IMG/VR virus record: IMGVR_UViG_3300025018_000091
DNA from: a virus
Taxonomy: Duplodnaviria > Caudoviricetes
DNA length: 64,000 nucleotides
Strand: one strand, 5' to 3'
A program made the position numbers and the translations under genes. This document shows, one piece after another, positions 1 to 10,135 of this stretch (the stretch's first letter is position 1; every line of letters starts with the position of its first letter). The notes under the pieces were generated by a model. It worked only from the letters and a program-made list of their open reading frames with translations, was not told where the DNA came from and did no database searches.

Positions 1-784
1 ATTCTATATAATATGTATTAGATGTAGGTAAATGACCATAAGTATTGGATATTATTCCCCCAAATAGATATATTCTTTCATTTATATAACCTAAAGATGA
101 CCCATATAATGGTGAAGGAAGTTTTCTACTATGTGTGTTCCAGATTAATGGTTGATCAACAGTAGCATAATATACATAATCTACTGGCTCATTAATAGTA
201 TGACCACCAAATAGATAAATATAACCATCGGATCCTGTTAATACTAACTGTGAATGGTATAGCTCTTGGGGCAAAATAGATCCATGATTGGTCCAATCTA
301 ACGGATCTGTTAGTGGTGCAGAGTATACAGTGTCTGTTGCAACTCCATTATTTCCACCAAATAGATAAACTCTGTCATATATAATGGCAACTTGTGCTCC
401 ATACAATGGAGTTGGAAGAGTTGCGTCAGTATCTATCCACTCTGTTGGACGACCTGTCGATGCTCTATAGATTTTATCTGATATTTTTCCTCCAAAAAGA
501 TAAATATATCCATCTATAATAGCTAAATGAGAATCTTTAAGAGTACTTGGAAGCTGAGTATAGGTAGTGCGCCAATCAGTTGGTTTAGGAAAATTAAAAT
601 CTACTGGTCCTGTACCTGCTGGAATTGCATATGCCACAACATCTACAAATAGATTTGTTCCTCCCCTAGATCCAGTATAATAATATCCATCATAGTCAGG
701 ATAACCGTCTACCACCCATGTTCTATATTCAACTGGAGACGAATCAACATCTCTCCCTAACATTTTAAAGGATATGCTTGTCAT
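1..784 (-). CDS. Kelch-like beta-propeller repeat protein, N-terminal part only (runs off the window start)
   Basis: Open frame from ATG at 784 (MTSISFKMLG...) with four repeated (I/V)YLFGG motifs about 45-50 aa apart; not in the ORF track because there is no stop in the window. Confidence 0.7.
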   Translation of the reverse strand, partial: MTSISFKMLGRDVDSSPVEYRTWVVDGYPDYDGYYYTGSRGGTNLFVDVVAYAIPAGTGPVDFNFPKPTDWRTTYTQLPSTLKDSHLAIIDGYIYLFGGKISDKIYRASTGRPTEWIDTDATLPTPLYGAQVAIIYDRVYLFGGNNGVATDTVYSAPLTDPLDWTNHGSILPQELYHSQLVLTGSDGYIYLFGGHTINEPVDYVYYATVDQPLIWNTHSRKLPSPLYGSSLGYINERIYLFGGIISNTYGHLPTSNTYYIE

Positions 785-812
785 CACATTAATGTGACAA
801 TATTACATATCT

Positions 813-3371
813 TTAATACTTGTCTTTTCTAGTTTGTGTAGCAATATCCCATAATTGATCTGTACTCATTCCAGCGTATTGTTTATTCTGCTTATAGACA
901 AGAAATAACTCAGATTTAGAACGCGTTATGGCAACATACCAAAGATTTGCTTCCTCTCCCTCAACTCCAGGACCATAACGATATGTACTTACTAATACAA
1001 ATACTCTGTCTCGTTCCATTCCCTTCGCTTTATGGGTAGTTGAAAAGATAACTTTATTATTATCATCACCATCATTGAACAATTTTTCAATTGTTTCTTT
1101 CAAATCTTTGATTGTTAAAGTACCTTCACACAAATTTAATAAACATTCTGCCTTATCAACACAAATATCTGTACTCTTTTTCTCAGAAAGTAACCTTTCA
1201 ATCTCTTGTTCTCTCCAAGAATTTACATAAGCAATGAATTTATTTATTGTTTTTGCTTTAGACTTCTTAATAAAATACAAAAGATTAGCTCTAACATCTT
1301 TTCCTTGGATGTTGGCAGGGATTCCCGCTCTTAAAAATGCCATGCAGTGTTTAACTAATGGAGCGTTTGTTCTAGATAGAACAAAATCGCCAGCTTTAGC
1401 TAGTTTTTGAAGTTCATGCACTTGAATATCATGAATGATTCCTTCAGGTGCAGTCTCTGCAGCTTCAATATCTGGTACAACTTGCTGAGCCATTGTAACA
1501 ATTTTCTTTGGACACCTATATGTAATAGATAATGGAAGTGTTTTTGCCTTCAACTTATTGATAAAATTAGGTATAGCCTCGCTATCAGCACCCCTAAATT
1601 GATAGATAGAATTATGACTTAAAATGCCATTTCCAATAAAATTAGCAGAATCTTCTACTTCTAAATCATAAAATACACCCTTATTATTTTTTATATCAAT
1701 TATTGTTTCTTCTGATAATTTACCATCATTATTGCAATATACTTTCATACCGACATGTAATCCTGATGCAGTTATTAAATAAGGATTCCTCCCCAAAATA
1801 GATAACCTCTCATTTATTTCAGCTCCAGTTAATGTTCGTAACATTGTTGCAAATATTATTGCTTCATTATAGTTAGCAAAATATTTTCTGATTCTAGAAT
1901 TTTTGCCTTTAGAAAAATGTATTTTATTAGCACGTAATAATTCATCAATTTTATTATCTTTCCATTCTAATGTAACTTGAGTATTCTTTTTTGAATGTGC
2001 ATTAACTCTAATTGTATGTTTATTGGTATTAGAGTTTGATGATACAATCCAATGCGGATATTGTTTACTTAGTTTTTTATCTTCTAATAAACGAAAACCA
2101 TTTCTCCCAAAATAATCAAACACCTTATTTATTCTATCCTGATTTAATCCTCTATTAGTACCATTAAATACACAAGTGGGTATTCCATATGTTAAAGAAT
2201 ATAATTCCTCAAAAAACAAAGCCTCTTCATTTGTTTCAACAATATCAAGAACCCATAATTTTTCTGCATTTTCCGACCTAGCACGTAGACCAAAAGGATA
2301 TTTAGAATCTTTCCATGTATTAGTTTTACCAACTCTATACCCCAAATCACGCCTATACATTAAGTATACAATGTATTGATTATTGAGTTCTGGATAAGAT
2401 GCCCATATTTTATGGTTTGGCGACATTAATAACTTTTTACCAGATTGTGTAGTTATCTCACGCCCAAAACTCCATAATGATAATTGCTTATTAACAATTT
2501 TTTTGTAATCTAATTTACCATTGTTAAAACACAATATACTATCACCAACATTACAATCTTTTATTGAAACAGATTTTCCTAAAATATCTATTTTAGTATT
2601 TTCATCTACACATTGGGCAGGATCGCCTACAGCAATGATTCTTCCGCCAGGTTTACATGCAGACATAACCATTACCATTTGTGCAGTATTAAGATCCTGC
2701 GCTTCATCTACAAAGACAGTATCAAATTTTCCAACATTTAAATGATATACGAATGGAAACCATATCATATCATCAAAATCAATGACTTGTTTAGTTTCTT
2801 TACATCTACCAAGAGCCTTAATAACATGTTCAATAAACTTTTCACGAGTTAATTCGAAGATTTCAATGCCAAATTTATCAATTAAATCTCCAATTTTGGA
2901 CGGAGTATCAAATAAAAATCCTTTACATAGTGAAACACACTTGCAAATACTCATATTAAGTTCCCATAAATCATGATCATCACCAATAATTGATGATACA
3001 ATAGTAGAACATTTCTTATTTTCTAGTACAACTTCTCCAAAACTTTGCTTAATAGCTCTAAAGCCAAGCGAATGAAGAGTCATCACGTCTATGTAGGACG
3101 GTGCTCGTTGTTTTAATTCATCGGCAATAGCTTTATTGAAGGCAACCATAAGCGTTTTCTTGCCTCTTGGTAGATATTTGAAACCTTCAACAATAGTAGA
3201 AGTCTTACCAGAGCCAGCTCTAGCGATAACTACAGTGTGATCTGTTCCGTATTTGATATCTCTAAAAATATCCTTTTGTAATTCAGACCAATTACGCTTA
3301 GGATTTGCCTTAACAATGTGAGAGTTGTCTGGTTTTTTAGGTGGAAACTTATTAGTTTTCTTCGGCGGCAT
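813..3371 (-). CDS. UvrD/Rep-like superfamily 1 helicase containing an intein
   Basis: Walker A ARAGSGKT, motif II VDEAQD, motif III GDPAQ/SIY split by the intein, C-terminal STTHKAKGME and YVAITRS. Confidence 0.92.
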   Translation of the reverse strand: MPPKKTNKFPPKKPDNSHIVKANPKRNWSELQKDIFRDIKYGTDHTVVIARAGSGKTSTIVEGFKYLPRGKKTLMVAFNKAIADELKQRAPSYIDVMTLHSLGFRAIKQSFGEVVLENKKCSTIVSSIIGDDHDLWELNMSICKCVSLCKGFLFDTPSKIGDLIDKFGIEIFELTREKFIEHVIKALGRCKETKQVIDFDDMIWFPFVYHLNVGKFDTVFVDEAQDLNTAQMVMVMSACKPGGRIIAVGDPAQCVDENTKIDILGKSVSIKDCNVGDSILCFNNGKLDYKKIVNKQLSLWSFGREITTQSGKKLLMSPNHKIWASYPELNNQYIVYLMYRRDLGYRVGKTNTWKDSKYPFGLRARSENAEKLWVLDIVETNEEALFFEELYSLTYGIPTCVFNGTNRGLNQDRINKVFDYFGRNGFRLLEDKKLSKQYPHWIVSSNSNTNKHTIRVNAHSKKNTQVTLEWKDNKIDELLRANKIHFSKGKNSRIRKYFANYNEAIIFATMLRTLTGAEINERLSILGRNPYLITASGLHVGMKVYCNNDGKLSEETIIDIKNNKGVFYDLEVEDSANFIGNGILSHNSIYQFRGADSEAIPNFINKLKAKTLPLSITYRCPKKIVTMAQQVVPDIEAAETAPEGIIHDIQVHELQKLAKAGDFVLSRTNAPLVKHCMAFLRAGIPANIQGKDVRANLLYFIKKSKAKTINKFIAYVNSWREQEIERLLSEKKSTDICVDKAECLLNLCEGTLTIKDLKETIEKLFNDGDDNNKVIFSTTHKAKGMERDRVFVLVSTYRYGPGVEGEEANLWYVAITRSKSELFLVYKQNKQYAGMSTDQLWDIATQTRKDKY
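1611..2612 (-). mobile_element. Intein (334 aa) with probable homing endonuclease domain, inserted in helicase motif III
   Basis: Starts CVDENT right after GDPAQ and ends NGILSHN before S; removal restores GDPAQSIYQFRGAD. Confidence 0.92.
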
Positions 3372-3459
3372 CTTGTTCCTTCTTATTATGTTCTATCATA
3401 TGAGAAATATATCCATAATTAATGAGTAATTGGATTACACTATCGATCTCTATACATAA

Positions 3460-4377
3460 TTATATTCTCCTTGGAAAGAAAAGATATGATGTTCTATTAT
3501 AAAGCTGGCTATCTAACTCTATTAATCTATCAAAATCTTCAACAGAATAAAAATCTTTATCAATTCCTTTAAGACCTAACTCTGCACCAAACAATGCACC
3601 AACAATGGCGGCTGTTGTATCTGTATCTCCACCAGCTCTAATAGCGGTTCTAACTGCATCTGTATAATTATCAAACTTTAAATAACAATAAATGGCAGCG
3701 GGAACAGTTTCTCTTACATTAGCTCTAGTTCCCAAAATCTTTAAAGCTTGGTCTGGTTTAATATGTTCAGAATCAATTAATGATCCTAGGCTATAAATAG
3801 TGTTCTTTACCTTACAATCGGGTAAATGAATACAGATTTTCTCTAACAAATTATCTGTATCATGATTTACAGCATATGCGGCAGCTAATGCAATGGTAAT
3901 TGCCCCCGCTTCAGCATCTTCTGATACGTGGGTAATAGCACTATCCATCTTAGCAATACTAACTAATGACTTAATATCATTACGGAAATATACGCCAAAA
4001 GGGGCTGCTCGCATAGCGGTACCATTACCATATGAGCCTGCAATACCAGATTCACTCCAATGTTTACCAGAATCAAGATTTTGCATTGCCATTAGAGTGG
4101 TTTTACCATAACCCCTGGCTAAACCAGACTTAATCCATGCTAAATAGCGCTGGGCAAGATCATCCGGGTTAAATCCTGAGTTAATAATTAGAGACTCAGC
4201 AACTACAATACTCATCTGAGTGTCGTCTGAATACTGCCCTGGCTTCAATTTATGATGTTCACTACCTAAATAAGTTGTGCCATCCCAATCCATAAGCTCT
4301 TTATTGTTGACTAATTTTGTCTCAAATGGTACGCCAAGCGCATCCCCAATAGCAGTTCCCAATAATACATTACTCAT
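3460..4377 (-). CDS. ADP-ribosylglycohydrolase (ARH/DraG family), copy 1
   Basis: GTAIGDALG, YSDDTQM, GNGTAMR and GGDTDTTAAIVGAL motifs. Confidence 0.93.
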   Translation of the reverse strand: MSNVLLGTAIGDALGVPFETKLVNNKELMDWDGTTYLGSEHHKLKPGQYSDDTQMSIVVAESLIINSGFNPDDLAQRYLAWIKSGLARGYGKTTLMAMQNLDSGKHWSESGIAGSYGNGTAMRAAPFGVYFRNDIKSLVSIAKMDSAITHVSEDAEAGAITIALAAAYAVNHDTDNLLEKICIHLPDCKVKNTIYSLGSLIDSEHIKPDQALKILGTRANVRETVPAAIYCYLKFDNYTDAVRTAIRAGGDTDTTAAIVGALFGAELGLKGIDKDFYSVEDFDRLIELDSQLYNRTSYLFFPRRI

Positions 4378-4381
4378 ATAA

Positions 4382-4777
4382 TTACCTTACGCGCTTCTTT
4401 CCGCTTTCTATGGTTTTTAAATACTCTTGATTCGTGTTAGGATCAATTTTCACAACATAATTGCTCTCTTTAAAAGAAATTTCAACTATTAAGTGTATTG
4501 GAATCGCTATTGTAGTGGCTTTTTCTTCATATGTCACAAACCCAGTACTATGATATAAATCAAGTAATGAACTAATATTTGGTTTTGAAATACGTGGGCT
4601 TATACTATTATCAGAAAACCTCTGAAAATAATAGCTTCCACACTTAACAATTTTTACTGTATTTAATGAATTCGAAGATGGTGATGTTACATATGTAATA
4701 GTTATATCTAATCTACCCACATCAATATCAAAACGCTCATCTATTAGTGTTTCTGCTGGTTCTCTATATGGACTCAT
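4382..4777 (-). CDS. Hypothetical protein
   Basis: 131 aa ORF, co-oriented and tightly packed. Confidence 0.6.
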   Translation of the reverse strand: MSPYREPAETLIDERFDIDVGRLDITITYVTSPSSNSLNTVKIVKCGSYYFQRFSDNSISPRISKPNISSLLDLYHSTGFVTYEEKATTIAIPIHLIVEISFKESNYVVKIDPNTNQEYLKTIESGKKRVR

Positions 4778-4922
4778 AATACTTAAATCTTTCTAACATC
4801 TAAATTTTCTCTCTCAACTACAATCCAATGTGCCTTACATTCTTTGTTAAAGCACCAACAATGATAATGAGACCCTTCCAGATTACATATTATATTGCGT
4901 TTAAACCAATAATGTTTAACTA

Positions 4923-5102
4923 TTACTCTACTAAAAGGTGTACATAATTCTTTTTGTGTCGTTTAGTTTTATCCCAACTATTTGAATAAACATTACAAAC
5001 TGGACAACACTGAGTTTCTTCACCATATACAAATAAAACTCTTTCAGATTTATCCTGTGGTATCTCTGGAAGAATAGCTGGCGTGCGATAAGGATCGTCC
5101 AT
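4923..5102 (-). CDS. Small hypothetical protein (MDDPYRTPA..., CxxC)
   Basis: 59 aa ORF read by eye, below the ORF-track cutoff. Confidence 0.5.
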   Translation of the reverse strand: MDDPYRTPAILPEIPQDKSERVLFVYGEETQCCPVCNVYSNSWDKTKRHKKNYVHLLVE

Positions 5103-5108
5103 AATTAA

Positions 5109-5672
5109 TCACAAATAGCCTTCCAATAACATAGCAATAACAAATGCATGACCCATAGTTTTAATAGGATCATTAATCACTTGCTGGAAAGAATAACCTA
5201 GAACCCTATGATTATAACCATCAAAGTCCCACAAGTAAAGGTCTCCCGGCTCCTCGGACATCTTTTTTAATTGTTGAAATGCGGAAGTTTTTTGAACGGC
5301 TTTAGCATAAAGGGGAATATAAATCTCTTTTCGAGCATCTATATATCCAAGCTTCTTGCCATCCCAATAAGAATACATCGGTTTAGCCCCTTTGCCCATT
5401 GGATATCTAACTGCTCTCACAGAATCCCAGCCATCTTTAGCCCATTTAAAATATCTTTCACCCGGCTCTTTATCATCTTCAGCATAATATTCATATACTT
5501 TACTATATTGCCAAGCGTTTTCAACATTCTTTGAAACATAACCATTATACAAATCAACAGGTCCACAGAAAAATGGGCTTAATCCACTACTCCAATTCTT
5601 AGAATGTGATGTAGTGTTTATTGTAATGGCTGTTTCAGGAACGGGATAATGTGGTCCAGTTACATAAATCAT
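5109..5672 (-). CDS. DUF6939-like protein, probably NADAR superfamily
   Basis: VENAWQYSKV, ARKEIYIPLY, LWDFD and GHAFVIAMLL resemble NADAR-fold motifs. Confidence 0.5.
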   Translation of the reverse strand: MIYVTGPHYPVPETAITINTTSHSKNWSSGLSPFFCGPVDLYNGYVSKNVENAWQYSKVYEYYAEDDKEPGERYFKWAKDGWDSVRAVRYPMGKGAKPMYSYWDGKKLGYIDARKEIYIPLYAKAVQKTSAFQQLKKMSEEPGDLYLWDFDGYNHRVLGYSFQQVINDPIKTMGHAFVIAMLLEGYL

Positions 5673-5766
5673 TGTTATATACCTTGTGTCGGCTAAGTTT
5701 ACCTAATAAGTTATTAGATTCTAAATTTTCCCGGACACCAAACACTGTAAAACACTTGGAGTTATT

Positions 5767-6642
5767 ATGACAATTCATAATCCTGGCACAAAAGTGCCTA
5801 CATATTCACCATTATGGACAGCCGGAACTAAATTACCTCGTGATAGAGTTACTATGAATGCTTGGGCTCGTTCATTTTATGCTTTAAATCCCGATGTTAA
5901 TAGAATTATAAATCAACATGCACTTTTATTAACTAGCATCTATGAAATAGAAAAGGGAGAATCTAAAGAAACTAATGACTTCTGTAAAGAACAATTAGAA
6001 GATTTAAAATTTCCAAACTTAATTGAAACAATTATTAGAGAATATCTCATCATAGGGGAAGTTTTTCTTTATCTAGAACTAAACAAGAAAGAAAATAAGT
6101 GGAATAATGTTTATATACAAAATCCAGATTATATCTTAATAAAGAAAGATAGCATTAATGGTGAAGAAGCTGCTTTCTTAAGACCAGATGAAAATTTAAG
6201 ACGTATTTGTGTTTCTAATAAACCAGAAGATATTGAAACTTGTAAATTATTACCAAAATCAGTAGTTAAATCAGTTAAAAATGGCGAAAACATATCTATG
6301 CAACCATATAATTTTTGGTATATGATCTATAAATTATCACCATATGATATCAGAGGAAACTCATTTATATTACCACTATTCAATATACTTAGAAAAGAAA
6401 TATTGTCAGATGAAGAAAATCAAATTATTAGAAGTTCTTTAGGGGACATTATGTTTTTTAATGGTAAAGGAATTACTAAAGACGTTTTAATGACAAGGTA
6501 TCTAATAATTATACAACAATTAGAAAACTGGTTTAATCATAAACTATTAGAGCCAGTGGTGGAACTTAGAAACTTAAATGATAAATTACCACAAGTCAAA
6601 TTTAACAAAGACAGATTAAGAAAGTATATCGAACAGATTTAG
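5767..6642 (+). CDS. Short, divergent portal-protein-like paralog
   Basis: REYLIIGEVFLYLE, IQNPDYILIK and KLSPYDIRGNSFILPLF resemble large-phage portal segments; only 291 aa. Confidence 0.55.
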   Translation: MTIHNPGTKVPTYSPLWTAGTKLPRDRVTMNAWARSFYALNPDVNRIINQHALLLTSIYEIEKGESKETNDFCKEQLEDLKFPNLIETIIREYLIIGEVFLYLELNKKENKWNNVYIQNPDYILIKKDSINGEEAAFLRPDENLRRICVSNKPEDIETCKLLPKSVVKSVKNGENISMQPYNFWYMIYKLSPYDIRGNSFILPLFNILRKEILSDEENQIIRSSLGDIMFFNGKGITKDVLMTRYLIIIQQLENWFNHKLLEPVVELRNLNDKLPQVKFNKDRLRKYIEQI

Positions 6643-6643
6643 A

Positions 6644-7940
6644 CTATTTCTTAATCCACTCATAAAATTCCAACATACATTTATAACATAAATCATAAGA
6701 TCGTTCTCCGCCAGCGCTTTCGCCTAAAGGACCAGTTACTCGATCTCTACAATATAGGTGTAATTCCCCGCTATAAAAAGGATTGCCCATTGGGTGACTT
6801 CTATCATCTTCTGCACCACATTTGTCACAAATTAAAATTTCTACTTTAGGAATTATCTTCTTCATTTTTTCTTTTTAGCTTCAAATTTGATTATTTCAGG
6901 AATGTCTTTTGCATTAAGAATAGTCTCACAATTACAAGCCATACAGATTACAGCATATAGCTCCCAACCAGGATCATGCCAATCACCATTTTCTCCAGAA
7001 TATTGAAGATCATGTGTTTCAACCTCTAATACTGTTTGACAATGATTACAAATAATATCTTTTTTCCATAATTTAGGATCAACTGCATACTTTTTTATCT
7101 TCATCTTCTAGATCTTTCACAGCAACATCATATCCAGTTTCGATAGTACCTGGAAATGCTTTAATTGCTTTATCTAATTTAACTTCTTGTAAGATCCACC
7201 ACCCAAAATCATCAAGCTTTTCTTTAAGTTTTTCTTTATCTTCGTCTTTACAATCTAAAAAGAATGTAAGCTCTAATTTAAGCGCTAATTTATCTTCCAT
7301 AATATTCTTCCGCAGTAGGTTTTCTTTTAATCTCTAACCTAAGTAATTTGGGAATCAATTTCTCAACAATATAGAAACGCTTACTACAAACAGCACAATG
7401 AACAAAATAACTATCGTTATCACGTTGCCCGCTGGCTAAATAGCAAATGTCATTTTTATCGAGTTCGAGATCCGAATCACATTGGTCACAATGATATTTA
7501 TAAGACCAATCACTAATATCTATTTTATTAAGCACCTTCATTTGACACCTTCTTAATAATAAGTGTGCAAGATGAATCATATTTTTCGAAATATTCATCA
7601 ATCTTTTTGGCTGTTTTCTCATTAACCCACAGTTGGAGTTTATTGCCACATTGATCTTCTACAATACGTAGATATTTCTTAACTATAGGATAATGAGAAC
7701 AATAGTCAAACTCAGGTTTTTTCTTACATAAATGTGCCATAATTATCTCTTAGGAATATAGTCTTCGATAGGAATAGGCTTTGCTCCGTTTATGTTTTCC
7801 CAATAGCCACTACGACAATCATAACCATCGATCCAGCGTCTATTTTTTGTACAATCACAAACTAAAACTGGACCAGCGTCATGTCTGCTATCATAGTAAC
7901 ATGGCGTTCCGCAAACAGAACAAAGATAATTCCTACTCAC
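6644..7940 (-). CDS. Cluster of six small overlapping ORFs, mostly CxxC zinc-ribbon proteins
   Basis: ORFs 6644-6865, 6862-7104, 7079-7300, 7290-7649, 7528-7740 and 7743-7940 with overlapping start/stop codons. Confidence 0.6.
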
Positions 7941-8080
7941 TTCTCATCTTCTGTAATAATACTTAGCTGACCACATGCCGCTCCCGCCTCAACTTCAGCA
8001 CAAGTAGCTACAGCAATAGCATATTCAAATCCGTAATCTTCCAACTGTTTCTTAACTTTATTTGTAAATTTCTTATTCAT
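7937..8080 (-). CDS. 47 aa protein carrying the C-terminal GAACGQL motif of RlmN/Cfr enzymes
   Basis: ATG at 8080 preceded by GAGGGG RBS; sequence MNKKF...EAGAACGQLSIITEDEK. Confidence 0.75.
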   Translation of the reverse strand: MNKKFTNKVKKQLEDYGFEYAIAVATCAEVEAGAACGQLSIITEDEK

Positions 8081-8090
8081 GATAATCCCC

Positions 8091-8876
8091 TCAAGCAATG
8101 TTAACACCCTTAACAACCCCCTCACCCATATCATTCTTATCTGACATCGGATTAGGATTAATTGACGATAACTTAATGAAAAACTTATCCGGATCGAATA
8201 TCCTTCTAAGATTTTCAATATCAAAATCAGCCTCATCTACCAAAGTAAGATTTAGCGTAGTCTTTAGATTAGATTTGGTTCTAATTTCACCAAGCCCAGT
8301 AATATTCACTTTCCTATTATAGGGAATTAGAATGTTCCTTCTCTCCTCATCTAAAGAATGAAGTGAGATTTGCAAGGTGATATTGTCTTTTACCCAAGAA
8401 TAGTTAGCATCTTTCACTCCAATAGTAGAAATGTAATGATGTGTACCTGGATACTTAGCGTCAATAATGCGAATTGCCTTTCGAACTGCGGCAACATTCA
8501 AAAATGGCTCACCCATTCTTGTATAATTAATCTTATGCTCTTTGGCATCTGCAAAATTATACTCTGGATTCTGAGCAATAACAAAATCAACTTGTTCTAC
8601 AATCTCTTCAGCGGTTAATGAACGCCATTTCTTTAATTGTCCAGTAGCACAAAACTTACACCTAACAGGACAACCGCTCATACAAGAAACTCCAATCATC
8701 CAACGTTCAGACCTATCTCCAAAATTGGTATCAGTCATAGAGTTTTGATGTCTCCCAACAGCATCTTTGGTATAAAGTGGAAGAAAAGTATCGGTAACTT
8801 CTACTGGGAAATCATCATCTGTTCGTAGAGCATAAACTGTTCCATTAGCAAATGATTTGGACCTTATGATCTTCAT
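8091..8876 (-). CDS. RlmN/Cfr-like radical SAM protein lacking its C-terminal segment
   Basis: SCMSGCPVRCKFCATG (CxxxCxxC), LTAEEIVEQV, RMGEP, ISTIG and LQISLHS. Confidence 0.85.
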   Translation of the reverse strand: MKIIRSKSFANGTVYALRTDDDFPVEVTDTFLPLYTKDAVGRHQNSMTDTNFGDRSERWMIGVSCMSGCPVRCKFCATGQLKKWRSLTAEEIVEQVDFVIAQNPEYNFADAKEHKINYTRMGEPFLNVAAVRKAIRIIDAKYPGTHHYISTIGVKDANYSWVKDNITLQISLHSLDEERRNILIPYNRKVNITGLGEIRTKSNLKTTLNLTLVDEADFDIENLRRIFDPDKFFIKLSSINPNPMSDKNDMGEGVVKGVNIA

Positions 8877-8888
8877 AATTAAATTTCC

Positions 8889-9224
8889 TTAACAAGTAGG
8901 TCTGGTATAACCAAACCCGCGAGAACATAAATCATCATCAATTGGAGGCTTTTTAACCGCTACTTTTTTTACTGTTTTGTTAATAGATACTTCTTCAGAA
9001 TCCATATTGATAATTTCAACCTTGAAAAAGTCCTCATAATCTTTATCATTACCTTTAATAACACCATTCACAAAACTTCTAATTATTTTAGCAAACATTT
9101 CCGGTTTCTTCTTTGCTAAAATTATACCCAGATTACACATTAACTTTTCATTATCTTTAATTTCATCATATAAATCTTTAAAAGATAATTTATCCAAAAG
9201 CTTATTAATTAAAACACTATTCAT
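8889..9224 (-). CDS. Hypothetical protein
   Basis: 111 aa ORF overlapping the next gene. Confidence 0.55.
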   Translation of the reverse strand: MNSVLINKLLDKLSFKDLYDEIKDNEKLMCNLGIILAKKKPEMFAKIIRSFVNGVIKGNDKDYEDFFKVEIINMDSEEVSINKTVKKVAVKKPPIDDDLCSRGFGYTRPTC

Positions 9225-10135
9225 AATAGCACCATATCTTTCCCAAAATTAGTTATCAAGTTATTATCTTGATTAAAAATAAACGCCTTAACATAATCTG
9301 CACTACCAACCAAAACCCGCCTTAGATAAAATGGAACCTCACCTAATTCATTGTAATATGTAAAGTTTTCACACTTACATGACTCTCTATCTTTAGCGAA
9401 TTTCTCGAACAAAAATCCATCTCGTACATATAGCTTAGATGTTATGTCTTCATAATCTATGAATAGATTATCACAAGATTGTGTTTTATTCATAAGCGAT
9501 ACAAATCCAACCTGATAAGCTCCGACTTGAATTGCGAAATCTAAATATCCTCTAAGCTTTTCTGGCGAATCAATAAATCCCTTCATTAGATTACATGATA
9601 AGCTAAAAATCTTAGGTCCCATTTTGAATTCTTTTGCAAGATACGTGATGCTTGGAGTTTTAATTCCAAAAATAACGTTATTTTCTATATCATTATAAGA
9701 ATGTCTAGATATATGAATATCATTAAGAACATAAAAATGTGGTATTGTTCTTAATGATTGTAAATTCATACCATTAGTATTAATTGATACAGGGTATGTG
9801 TCTGCCCCACAAACGTCAGTAATCGTATGCAAAATAGATTCTACTGCATTTAAGTCAGATAATGGTTCACCACCAGTAAGACTGATTCTATTTATTACTT
9901 GTTTTTGATGTAATTCAATAAGACTTATTCTAAACTTATTGATATCAATTCTATCTTTTGAAGTAAATCCAGGACAAAAAGAACAGCGTGCTGGACAATA
10001 TCCAGAAGAATAGATATATAGATTTACTTTGTTATTAGCACAAGAACTGCCGCCCGTTGTAGAACAGACATAATCTCTTATGCTAATATGTTTGCCAAAG
10101 ATCTCCATGATATATTTATAATTCGGCTCTGCCAC
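9221..10135 (-). CDS. Radical SAM protein of unknown function
   Basis: CPARCSFC, ISLTGGEPL and INTNG motifs. Confidence 0.85.
   Translation of the reverse strand: MAEPNYKYIMEIFGKHISIRDYVCSTTGGSSCANNKVNLYIYSSGYCPARCSFCPGFTSKDRIDINKFRISLIELHQKQVINRISLTGGEPLSDLNAVESILHTITDVCGADTYPVSINTNGMNLQSLRTIPHFYVLNDIHISRHSYNDIENNVIFGIKTPSITYLAKEFKMGPKIFSLSCNLMKGFIDSPEKLRGYLDFAIQVGAYQVGFVSLMNKTQSCDNLFIDYEDITSKLYVRDGFLFEKFAKDRESCKCENFTYYNELGEVPFYLRRVLVGSADYVKAFIFNQDNNLITNFGKDMVLL

Noticed and set aside
784-797. 14-bp palindrome TCACATTAATGTGA at the start of the Kelch-like gene as an operator
   Set aside because: Single occurrence and AT-rich, with no supporting regulator.
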